From assembly GCA_013115145.1 (NCBI GenBank), contig JAAPAO010000150.1, positions 1 through 61,862 on the forward strand: a stretch of 61,862 nucleotides of DNA, read 5' to 3'. The translations under genes were made by a program, and so were the position numbers. The notes beneath the pieces are model-generated. The model made no database searches. It was given only the letters and a program-made list of their open reading frames with translations, and was not told where the DNA came from. This DNA comes from Perkinsus chesapeaki ATCC PRA-425. Its lineage: Eukaryota > Protista > Perkinsozoa. Shown one piece after another: positions 1 to 10,867 of this stretch (positions are counted from its first letter, which is position 1; the number at the start of each line of letters is the position of its first letter).

Positions 1-72
1 TGGAATGGTCTAGTTGGTTATGACGACTGCCTAACACGCAGTAGGTCCCGAGTTCGATTCTCGGTTCCAGTA
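1..72 (+). tRNA. tRNA-Val(AAC), 5' end clipped by about 2 nt at the window edge; lies in an intron
   Basis: Cloverleaf: TGGAA...TTCCAGT acceptor, D-loop AGTTGGTTA, anticodon stem ACTGC/GCAGT with loop CT-AAC-AC (anticodon 33-35), T-arm CCGAG-TTCGATT-CTCGG, discriminator A72. Confidence 0.93.
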
Positions 73-96
73 TATTCCCTTTCATTCCCTTTGCAG

Positions 97-3000
97 CCAC
101 CACATCCATCGGGGTTAATGCTTCCGCATGGGATATACATGACAGCTATCAAGAGGAAGTCGTGGCTCCAGATGTCAGAATTAAACTTGACTGTCAGCGA
201 GATCTCGATGAGACGGTACCATCATCGTCATCCACAATTCTGCGATCTCTATCCTGTTCCTCCATGCAGGCATCCGAGTGTCTTGCCAAACCTGGCTGTA
301 TCCTGGATACATCTTCAGAGGCAGTACTTATGCACACCGCTACCCTAGCAGGTCGATCTAATACTGCTCAATCCAAGAAGGAAGGGTCCAGAGGGCAGGT
401 CTGTCGCTTCTAGGGGGACATCGTCGTGGTGCCGACTTTTCGTGTGTGATAGGGCCTCCGTTCCGGCAAGGAGGTGGCCAAGAGTGCCGCAGGAAAGAAG
501 GCAGGCAAGGAAACAAAGCAGTCGACTAGGGATAAACGTAGCATGATCAGGGAGTCATAGGGGAACTTCAAATTCTGAAAAATTTTCTCACGTACGGTAT
601 AAGTCATCTCCACACTAGGGACGCCATTGAGTCTCGAATAGCACGTCTACGTGATGAGGTTAGAGTGATTGAGGCTAAGCATGGTGCAAGCTACTCAAAC
701 TGAGCAACAGCTCTTGTTAGGTGCAGCGAGCAGGGAGAGGCAGACCAAGACGGACGACTCTATAGCGGTAGATATATGAGGTCTGCTGATTGGAGCGTTC
801 CGCCTCAGGCCATCCAAAGGGAATTGAAGTGGATCATGGGTGCCAACTTGGCGGTGCCTTCCGGGTTGTCGGAGGCGGCCAGAGTTATGGAGAGAACTCT
901 AAGCCAGAAGGAGTACCATCATGCTCACTTGCTGTAGGAGCCTGATTGCGAGCATCGACCTTAGATTCGTCTGACAGGTATCGCAACTATCCCACACTGG
1001 CTGAGCTCCTTGAGCGAGAGCAGCAGTTTGCTGCTTCGACGGAGAGCCTTAAATCAACAGGCATGTCCGCCGGGTAGCTCGTCTTGTTCTGAGCCACATG
1101 TCATCCTTGTGGTTGCAGCGCGACTAGCGTCAATCGTTCTCGGAGGCCCTCTGTCTCTCATAGTGACATGAAGGCTGGTGATGATACTGGGGAGGAAGAG
1201 CCGCAAGAGGCGGAGGAGGCCGAGAGCGACAATTCCTCCTCCACAATGAAGGTATCTCTTGGTCGCTTGACAAAGGTGTGCTCGGAGAGATCGTTTCAGC
1301 ACCTCTTCTGCTATGAGGCGCCACAGCTCACTGGCGGCTTATCAGCTACTAACTTAGAGTGGCACCGTGTTAATCAGGACCTCCTTTGCGTTGCCTACGG
1401 TAAGTCTCCGGGGGATACTCGTAATATGCAGTTTGTTTTTAGGTGCCTCCGATACGGTATGGCGCAAGTCAGCTAGTGGTGCGGTCCTATTCTGGAGCCT
1501 CAAAAACCCCAGTTACCCCGATAGGGTCTTGAAGGCCAGCGCTGGAGTGAGCTGGCTCTTCCTGGAATTGTCCAACCGAGTGTGATTAGGTGTCCTCCCT
1601 GGCGTTCAGCTCGGTATACCCGAACCTGCTCGCCGTGGGAATGCAGAACGGCGGCGTCGCCATGTGGGACCTCCGGCAGAAAGGAGAATCGCCAGTCGGT
1701 GCACTACCAGGAGAGGCCCACCTCCTATAGCTCCATCAGATACTCGATTCGGCACAGTCCTCTGCGAATTCGCAGCAGCGGGCGACCGGCGGTCAGCAGC
1801 CCCAGGGCGGAGGAGCTGCGGGCTCGAGCTTGGCTAGCAGGCATACCGATGTGGTGTGCGACCTTAAATGGGTGAGGGTTACTCTGAGCGCCGCCGCCGC
1901 CGCCGCGTAGGAGTTGGATCTCGCCTCAGGTGGATAGGGGGGCTGATAAGATACCGAGAGAGTCCCTGGTTTCAGTGGGTGCTGATGGCAAAGTCGTGCA
2001 GTGGGACATGCGGAAGGTAGGAAATCGACGGGGCTGTCAATTTGATGTCTTCCCTCATTCAGGGTTTGGATCACTCGGTCCTTATGTCACTGAAGCGAGC
2101 ACCCAATCCGGAGCTGGCGGCGAGCGCGCTTAACACAGGGCCACAGGAGATAAGTCGCCAAGACGGCCATGCCTTCCGGTGAGCTCTAGCCTTATCATGA
2201 ATGGAGGAGGCGTTGTCAGGCAAAGCTGCGGCTTCTGTGTGGACTTCCTCCGCGACGATTCCTCCGCGTATCTCGTCGCAACCGAGGACGGCCTCCTTCA
2301 TCGATGTTCCGTCAACTATAACGAACAGTATCTTGAGACATACTACGGTCATGCTGCTGCGGTGTACAAGGTGAGGCGTTGGCTCAAGATCTCCATAGCC
2401 GCCGCCCACTCTCCAGGTTCGGTGCAATCCTTTCTGGACACCGGCTTTCTTATCCTGCAGTGCGGACTGGACAATTAAGCTGTGGTCGACCAAACCCATT
2501 CCACTAGAAGCTCGCCGAGGTTACTTGGCTCATTTGAGTCAGACCAGTCGTTCACTCAGGCAGTGGCATGTCGGCGCCCCGGCGGGCTGATTCGGTCGCT
2601 CTCGATCGGTACGGCGCGCAGACTAATACGCCTCTGCAGAGCTACCAGTCAATGGACCTCTGCGACTCGGTAAGCTGCCGAACTCAACAATAATGCTTAG
2701 ATACTAACAGGTTAACGATATCTGTTGGAGCCCCCAAAACTCTACCTCGTTCGCCGCAGCAATGGACGATGGCCGAGTTGAGCTGTGGGACATCTCTAGA
2801 AAGCCATTAGATCCGATCATAGTGGGCAACACATCAGAACACCTGCATGCTATCTGAACCCTCGTCCGCAGGTTCACTATCCAGCCAAAGATTTGGGCTC
2901 CAATCGTTGGCAGCGCGTCACATCCGTGAGGTTCGCTGAGAACTCCCCTGTTATCGTGGCTGGTGACAGCACGGGACGAGTGGAGGTGATGCGGCTCTAT

Positions 3001-3116
3001 GGCTGCGAGGTATCTTTGGTTACACAGGTGACAATTCCATGATTGCGCAGGTGCCTTTGATGAGTGCCGCAGAACAACAAGAACGGTTAGTCCGATGCGT
3101 AGTGAACCAACAGTAG
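97..3116 (+). CDS. DNAI4: WD40 axonemal dynein intermediate chain (WDR78/DNAI4-like), multi-exon, 5' part lies upstream of the window
   Basis: Exon after the tttgcag acceptor (96) reads ATTSIGVNASAWDIHDSY. Later exons: LEWHRVNQDLLCVAYG, LFWSLKNPSYPDRV, LVATEDGLLHRCSVNYNEQYLETYYGH (WDR78-type), FAENSPVIVAGDSTGRV. Stop TAG at 3114-3116. Confidence 0.85.
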
Positions 3117-4478
3117 CATGCCTGCCCATGCCTCGACTGTAACATAGTCATCAACGTTTTAGTGTTGCGTACAAGTTCGTGGACAAGCGCGCTACACGTA
3201 TCAAGGTTGCATAATGAAAATGCATCAGTGAATCTAATACGATCTACCGTTCGTATGCTTCACAGTTCGACTGTCAGTAATTAACGACATTTGCATTTAC
3301 TCCCTAATGGAAGGCAGAGAGAAATGAAAATAGGCTTATTGTGAATGGTATATGTTGGACGCGGAAAACAACGCTATACTAGTAGCATTAATAGCATTAC
3401 TGTATACCCATAGTCTGAGGCCCAGTCCGAGTCAGCGATTATCAGACACTAATGCGGCTGGAATGGCGTCCTCTCCCAGTTAAGCTCAGATGCAGTCTCT
3501 ATGGGTGGACCAGTTGTTATAGTATTTCTGAACCAGCAATAGTGTAACCAGTGGTTCTTGACTCGAGAAGTGGTTCTGATTCAGAAATTCTGAAATTGGA
3601 GACACTAATTCTAAATCTCGCCAGCACGATTTCAGTATCCCTTTCTAGGAAACCAATACCGTGATTTTGTCGTCCGAAGGAGCTACCATCTACCATTTGA
3701 GTAGCAGACACACACGGCTCATAACTTTCCGGTTTCCTGCGTCTGCGAGGACGCAGTGCCTCAGTCAGGACGGAGAAAAGCCGAAGTTCACCAACAATGC
3801 CCAGTAGTTCCAGAATCTCGGTCTGGTCTGGTTGTTACATCTTTCATCGATGAACCGCGTATGGGCGAAGTGAGGGAAAAGGCTGAGATATACGTATTCT
3901 AGGCTATAATTATTATAGCATCATTAGTAGGATATATGCTAAATGAATTTATATTAGTGCTAGAATTTCCAGCTGCTGGAATTCAGCACCCTTCAAACGT
4001 ATTCTTGTCCTTCTATTGACGCCGGCAGGGAGCTGACTCTCATCTATTCATTTCGGCCATCCCGTTACACTGTTGCAGTAGTACTGTGAAACGCAACACA
4101 TCAAGTGCCTGGTACGATGACATGGCTGAAGCTTAATTATAGGAGGGGGGGAAGACATGTTCATGGAACACTAATAGAACATTCTTCTTGTGTCCGGCAA
4201 GACCGATCGTCTGAGTAGCAATGTGAGTACTGCGTGATCTAAGTCCACAATAACAGCTTACTCTATCCTCACCCGCAGACCGTTAATGACGTGCCTGCGT
4301 TGAGCAAGGATCCTCTCTGCCGTAGTAGAGTCACCGAAGCTGCAATCAGCCACAGAATAGCTGTGGCCCTCTTCATCAATCTGCCAAGTAGAGGTGTCGA
4401 CGTGGTCAGTTGCAGTCGCTTACAAGGACTTCATTTTGGGAATTCAGTTCCCGAACCTCGCCGAACTTGCATAGGTAC

Positions 4479-4512
4479 CTGAGGGTCGCAGGTTCGAACC
4501 CGAGGGAGGGCA
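4479..4512 (+). other. Degenerate tRNA 3'-half-like sequence
   Basis: CTGAGGGTCGCAGGTTCGAACCCGAGGGAGGGCA resembles a variable loop, B-box and acceptor 3' strand. The T-stem pairs poorly and no 5' half is found. Confidence 0.3.
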
Positions 4513-4564
4513 TTTGTTGCCTACATAAGAATTGGACCTGGTTTAAGCGCATCCGGCGGCCCCA

Positions 4565-6165
4565 CTATCCGAATGGACTGAGGTGCTGGAATGCGTCTGA
4601 GAGGCAAGACAGTGTGTAGCGGGTGTGGTTTCGGTAAACTAACCCCTTCGGCCTTGCTGGCGTCATTGGAGTGCCGCTGCCAGGATAGGAATGCTTTGAG
4701 GCCGGCGTGGAGTCCTCGGGAAGGATGGGCGGGAATGTTTGTCGTCGCTGGTCCGGTCCGAAGATGAGTGGCCTAAAGCAGTGCCTCTGCTTATGCTGGC
4801 ATCTGGCGAGTGTGACCCACCAATAAGAGCTGTCTTTGTCCATAACGGTTGCCGAGTTCTTATAGTGTCGAACATTCTCATTGAAGCCTTGAAGAACTGC
4901 CCATTGGCAGTCTACTCTTTTCCGCCCCGGCCCTCTGAGCTCTAGGCCGGTGAAAACTGAGGCAGATATTCTCCCCCGCCGCAGCTGCTGCTACCACGCG
5001 TACTCTCCTCGAAGTCCTTTGCCATTAGAGACTCCTGCAGATTGACAAAACAGTAACCAAGATTCCGACGAGTGCCGGAGTCCATCGGAGCGTAGAAAAA
5101 GTTGACCCGGATATCTGAAACGGGCGGGGGCAGTGAACTGCAACCACGGCTGGCTCTGGGGCATACTCTTTCCTCGCTGCTTGCAGGTCTTCAATATCAA
5201 ATCCACCAGCCCCTCCTGATTGAGGTCATTCGGTACGTTCCGCATCAGCAGGGTGGTTCCTGAGGCTTATGGCTGTCCTGGCCTCCTTATTGCGACATAC
5301 GTTTCTCGTGGGGGTTGAAGGCCATCTTTGCCGAGGGCAGCCGGGCTGATATCCTAGTGTTGGGCGTGCCGGGCCCGCCTCGGTGGCTGTTCCTCCCACT
5401 GTTCCACGAGTCCCTACCAGATCACGCTGAAATATCCATCACCGTGGTGCCTCTCACCAAGTCCTCGAAGTCTGGTCTCCTGCTGGGGTTGTCGGCTGTC
5501 GAGGCAGCGCGGCGGTGCCCTGTTGTCCTTCCTTTGGCGTCCATGTCAGATTACTGTAGCGACCAGGCGTCTGGAAGGAACCGTCCAATGGCATCTCAGT
5601 GATGAAGTCACCTCTCCACGTGAAGTTGATGGTGTTGGTACACCTTCGAGCGGCGATACGTCCCCTTCGGTGGCGGCAATGACCGCCTGTGACGCGCTCA
5701 CTGCCAGCATGTCGGCTCCTGACATGACAGTGGCCCATCGGTGCCGCCACGAGAGCCTACTTATCTTGGCCATCTGACGGGCATAGTAACCCAGGACCTC
5801 GTCTAGATCAAGTGCAATGTTATCCATACTGGCAACCTGGAGCGAGATAGGGCCGGCAACCAAGCCTTGGCGATGGCTACCTTCTCCTCATCGAACTCGG
5901 GTGGAGTGACAACCCCATCACGGGGCACTATCCCGGGAAGCAGCAAAGGCCTCATCGGGGCAACAGCCGGCCGAGGAGGACTGCTGTCCCCATTGGGCGG
6001 CGTCGGCCGTTGATTCGCAGGACTCTTAGACTGCCCTTGTGGATTCTGGTTAATGATTAGCGATCTATTGGCGTAACGTGGCCGTTGCGGTAGACCGTAA
6101 GGTGAGACCGCGCTCTGGTACGGGCCGTTTCGGCGATTGCTAGAGTTCGTTGTGCCGCCGTACAT
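4565..6165 (-). CDS. Mei2-like RNA-binding protein (C-terminal Mei2-type RRM), multi-exon
   Basis: Spliced translation gives TTLLMRNVPNDLNQEGLVDLIL, NFFYAPMDSGTRRNLGYCFVNL, LQGFNENVRHYKNSATVM and RPLIF, matching the Mei2 RRM3 pattern. The N-terminus is low-complexity. Confidence 0.85.
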
Positions 6166-6281
6166 AGTGGTGGCAGCGTGAACGAGGAGCTAGGAGACAT
6201 TGACAAAGTCAAGGCTTGGAGAGTAAGAAAGGCAAAGTATGTCTGGTAAAAGGAACACGTGTCTGCAGGGAGGAGCCATCT

Positions 6282-7400
6282 TCAATCGTGATGCTGCTCT
6301 TCTCTCATTTGGTGAAGCTCACGGCGGCGGCCAGTCGACTGACCGACAACCTTCATCACTTTGCGGACAACGCTGAGGATGAAAATGGCACCTGAGAGAA
6401 GGGAAGTGACAACCAGGACTGAGATGGAAGCGTACCTGCAGCTTGATAGAGGATACCGGTGAACCAGGCGTCATCAGAAGGGCACAACGCCAAGGCGGCC
6501 TGAAAATGGCGCTGCTGGGATTCGAACCCAGGTGGGCAGACTTACGTCAGGAAGAAGAGCTGCAACTGTGGGGTTGGAGCAGACGCCCTTATGGTAGATA
6601 TATACCAGAGCAAGCAAGACCATGAGCACGGTGGGCAATGCCTCGGCAACGGTCGATGGCGAGAGGGATGCCAGCAGCCCAGTTGATGGCTGTGTATGAC
6701 GAAATATGATTATCCTAAACACTAAGAGTTTGCCAGTATGGCTCGCCGCGTAGAAGGATACTTTGTTTTCCCGACTTGCAGTGTAAGGCTGCAGTCCACC
6801 CCCTCATTGGCGGTTCGACACATGATCTCGCCGTCACTAGTAAGGACATGCCAGCATGGACCTGAGAGGAATCGGTGCGCTACCTGCAAGAATGAGGTAG
6901 CGGATGACCCACCAAATCTTGCACTGAGATGTTGACGTATAACGGTTGCTAGATCCTGTTTGTCGGCGGGCCAAAGGTCATCTGATTGGGCCAATTTGGT
7001 GACTTCCTCGATCACTCCAGCAGTGTCGGGGCTGTACGTCGACTCGTCGACCTAGGATACCCATTTGGGATGTCGTAGAGGAGAGAGCGGTATGACCTTA
7101 GGCTGCTGCAAAACCTTGACCTTCCTTTTTGACTCTGCTACAGGCTTATCCTCCTCTATACCCTCTTCAGCTTTAACCTTCTCCGTCGCTTGCAAACGTA
7201 TTACCTGGCATACCGGAGGAGTGATATTAGTAACGTTGAAAGGGCGTCACCTCCCGATCAAGAATCTCAAGAGCTGGGCTCCGCCAGCACACCACCAGCA
7301 GCTGTGATGCGTCATTAGCTGTACTTATCAATACTATGGCAGATTCCTTCTTCCGCGACTTAAGGGCGAATCCGGCCTGAGGAGAGTCCAACAGTCAAAG
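6282..7400 (-). CDS. Dynein-light-chain (LC8)-fold protein with two C-terminal hydrophobic segments; start uncertain
   Basis: QDLATVIRQHLSARF..GPCWHVLTS..IIIFRH fits the DLC1 pattern. It is followed by PTVLMVLLALVYIYHKGVC and FTGILYQAAGAIFILSVV. Introns at 6500-6545 and about 6397-6438 keep the frame. Stop at 6282-6284. Confidence 0.6.
6507..6532 (-). other. tRNA 3' half (T-arm + acceptor 3' strand, His/Thr-like) inside a 46-nt spliceosomal intron
   Basis: Minus strand CCTGGG-TTCGAAT-CCCAG-CAGCGCC-A followed by TTTTCAG, inside the intron GTAAGT...TTTCAG (6545 to 6500). Confidence 0.65.
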
Positions 7401-7846
7401 AGCCTTTGTCTAGTCTTTGTCGGATAGGAGCGTTCTCCCAGCAACGATATGGCTCTGCGATACTATGTTAACAGGGCGGGATGTACTCAATGTCCTAGCC
7501 GATCAATAAGCTCGATTACTATTAAATTCCAATGAATCAACCCACAACCTATCAATACATTCCCCCACACTTGCTAAGCCTTATCACGCTTGAGTTGAGC
7601 CCATTTATGGAGACCACAGATTTCGGACGGAGTTTTATAGGCAATCTCTGTAGGGCAGTGTACGACTGTAATGTTCACGTCGATAGGATGAAGAGGACCC
7701 CCTTGGTATTATAAAAGTAACAGTTGGGGCATATCTTCCGGAGCATACACTAGAGCCCGCTTAAAAGCGCCCAATCTGCATAAGCGTTGAAAAAGACGCC
7801 AAAATCGTCCTTATTCTATCGACGCTATTCATTTGCCAATAGTCCC

Positions 7847-8191
7847 CTATTCAATCCAGCAAGGTCCCAATCGAAGCTGGCCTCCCGCCCATTGCGAAAG
7901 TCTGGAATCGCATTTGATTCGCAGGTTTATTGAACGACCATGGACCGTCGCGGAAAACACCCACAGTACCTTAAAGCCAGCACAGACATTCCAATCCTCC
8001 CCAAATCGGCGATCCATAATCTGTTTCATTGCCCCAGTAAACTCCTCAGAGGCCACATCGAACCGCTTAGTCCGGTCAGCCAACGTCTGGGCATAGACTA
8101 TGTCCGCAGCTGAACGAACAAACTCAGTCTTCTCTCGAGAGCCCATGTCACTGACACGGACGCGGAAGGTAGTTGGGGTGTTGTCGGTCAT
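7847..8191 (-). CDS. Divergent dynein light chain type 1 (LC8) family protein
   Basis: VRVSDMGSREKTEFVRSAADIV...FTGAMKQIMDRRFGEDWNVCAG matches the LC8 pattern (VKxxDM...IKKEFDKKYxxTWHCIVG). Confidence 0.7.
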   Translation of the reverse strand: MTDNTPTTFRVRVSDMGSREKTEFVRSAADIVYAQTLADRTKRFDVASEEFTGAMKQIMDRRFGEDWNVCAGFKVLWVFSATVHGRSINLRIKCDSRLSQWAGGQLRLGPCWIE

Positions 8192-8427
8192 GGTAAGACA
8201 GCTGAACCTTTATTCGAGGCAAGGGCGCGATCACGAGTTCTTTACCATTTCCAGTTGGCGATTATGAATGGGCGAATAAATCTCAAAACTGTGCGGTTTT
8301 ACCTGTGTAAAAACGTCAATCAAAACTTTCGATTGCCTTCTGTTGTGACCTTGTGTGCCACCCTTTTCCTCCCAGTTATAATAGCTCCTCTGCTGTCATC
8401 AGATTCATAAAGCTCTTATCTTGAAAT

Positions 8428-9952
8428 ATGTCAATGCCAGCTGCAGGATCATTAGAGGAGGCTACGGGAAGTGAAGAGGATGTTAACTATATTAATGTAT
8501 GGAAACGGTAATACATCACCAACATCATCGTTCTAGCCAATTTCCTAAGCCTATTTCCCCCTATGGTTGAGGCAGTACTGTCAAGCCGCTCTGTGCGATT
8601 TTCCGCCTTATACTGCAGATTGCTCTTACGCTATATTCACACGTACATAGCGTTCGCATGACCGCGTGCCGCGCAATGCCGCTGGGCTCTTCGAACTTCT
8701 ATGGGTCAAGTCCGCGTTTACAGGGAGCCTAGTTCGACTATTGATCTATCGTTATCAGATATGAGTCGGACCTAGAGGAGTCCCTAACGGATCCTTCTTG
8801 GAGCATCTTTGAATTTATCGAGACCATTCCAGTGCGGAGGGAGCTAGTTCGAGTTGTCGGAATGTTCCTCGTCCACCGGATACTGCGGGGCACACAGTAC
8901 GAGAATAAGTAAGCAATCCACTGGGCTTATGGGCTTATCAAGCTGGCTTTAGGGTGGACCTGCGGGCCGTGAGCGCATTTCTGGGCATGGTCCAGGCTGG
9001 GTACAAACAGACCTACGGCTACCATACGATGATTCACTCCGCCGATACGGCCATCACCATCTACCATATGATCCAGGTATTTGAGGAGCCTAAAGGTATC
9101 CATCCGCTGGATGAGCTCGCTGCAGTACTTGCGGCATTCGGGCATGATGTCGGCCACCCGGGATGGTCGAACTCCCTAGCGAAGGCCTTGGGCATGGGCG
9201 AGGCCGAGGACCCTCATCCGTTGGAGAGCATGCACGCTCGTGAAACGACGAGAATGCTTTCAATAGCGGGATTGGATGGCCTATTGGGCGACCGACGGGT
9301 CCGTATGATGGAGGAGATGATTGTGTGTACTTGTATGGACTATCATACTTTTATGCTGGAGAAGGCTCGCACCTACGCTGCAGAGGATCTACAGACGAGA
9401 CTTAGTATCCTGCTGCATTGTGCCGATATCTCTAATCCTACTAAAGAGGCCAAGCTCAGTCAGCAATGGTCCATACGGTGCTCCTTTGAGTTCTGGAGGG
9501 AGCATGACCTCAGCCGCGAGATCGGTGTAGTTCCACCGCCGAGCGTGCCGCCTCGTAGCCTCACATCGCCCGGGTACGCCCTATGTCAACTGGGCTTCTA
9601 TAAGAATGTAGCCCTGCCTCTCTTCGAGGCTCTGGACTCTGAATCTGAGTGGGCGTGTAGATTACGATGTAACATTCAAGCCCGGATAGATCTCATCGCC
9701 GCTTATGCACCGACAAGGTCGACCGTAGCGTCGGTTACCTGGCAACCAACTGCCGCTGAAGCTTCGCAGCCAATTGAAGAGCGCGAAGCGGTTGTCGTCA
9801 TCGAGGATCAGGCGGAGCCGTCTTGTTCTGAAGACGGCATACCATCGGCGACCCCCTCTCTATCAAGTGACCCCATCATCATCGATGGCGGGTTGTCTTC
9901 TCATCGACGTCGGTCATCATTATTCAGAATTGCGGCTGCAGGCGGCAAGTAA
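8428..9952 (+). CDS. Class I cyclic nucleotide phosphodiesterase (catalytic domain in one long exon, 8954-9952)
   Basis: YHTMIHSAD, AAFGHDVGHPGWSN, LESMH, TCMDYH, LLHCADISNPTK, EFWREHD and QLGF motifs of PDEase_I. The 5' exons are approximate. Confidence 0.9.
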
Positions 9953-10867
9953 GCCGTAGAGGTTTTATAGTCATCATCACTCCAGTCCGTAGCATGAGTT
10001 CTCGGAACTCCACCGTTCACACGGTAAATGGCCTTTGGCTGCCTTTACCGTAACGTCCTCTTCATTACCCTTCACCGATCAATAATCGGTACGGTATTAT
10101 CTAGTCTTGTTCCTCCTTCTATTGTAGCTTATACTTCCTATGCCTGATACAGCTGCTGCTGCTAACACTAGTAAGTTCCTTGTTCCTATAGCGTCCTGTG
10201 ATGCGTCATTATTACTCTGTAAAAGATCGGAGGGCCCGCCTGTTCCAGGTAGTCGGGGTCCGCCTAACTAAATTTATTTATTCGTTCCTCTGTGTTTCTT
10301 CTTCCCCTTCTGCCCCCAGCTCCTGCTAACGACATATAAGATTTCAACTCGTGTTTCGCAGTTGTCCGGCAAAGGTCGTGGTCAGTTTATACTCTGAATT
10401 CTGTACTTCACCCGTGTGATAATAAATTCTGACTCGGAGATTCAGGTGATACCAATCGTCGTATCGCCATCTGTGTTGCTTTATTTTCGTACTCTGCTAT
10501 CCCCTTTTCATCGTAGTAGTAGAATACTAGTCTTCCATATAAGAACTACCGTTCTCGAGCCGACCTATGCCTTGCGTTCGCATCAATTCTCGAGCAACCG
10601 CGACCTTCATCAGTTACTGTTGAGGGAGTGCTGCTTGGAGCCTTCTGTTACTTTAACTTGGTCCCGGTTTGATAATAGTACCACTTTTGCCTTTTCTTTC
10701 AGATAGAATTCGATACTTATCTTTGTCCTATATTAGCCACAGTTCTCGTTCGATAATAGAGTATTACAGAAAACAACACCTCGGACTCTGAGATGTCTCG
10801 ATGAGGCTTTCTGTCGCTCTCCGCCAAGTGAAAGTCGGGCTTCATCAGGCTATTTTCCTCTCAATCA

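Noticed and set aside
2379-2388. TTGGCTCAAG partial SL match in a WDR78 intron
   Set aside because: Only 10 nt, which is expected by chance at appreciable frequency in 62 kb
3450-3850. Possible small spliced gene on the minus strand
   Set aside because: One plausible intron, but no consistent open spliced frame or motif could be built
6470-6532. Permuted tRNA (GGCGTTG downstream could pair with CAGCGCC)
   Set aside because: No D-arm or anticodon arm follows, and the heptamer lies in a coding exon
10845-10866. SL-like relic before MBL copy 1 (GCTATTTTCCTCTCAA)
   Set aside because: Needs a gap and several mismatches; an ordinary pyrimidine tract explains it
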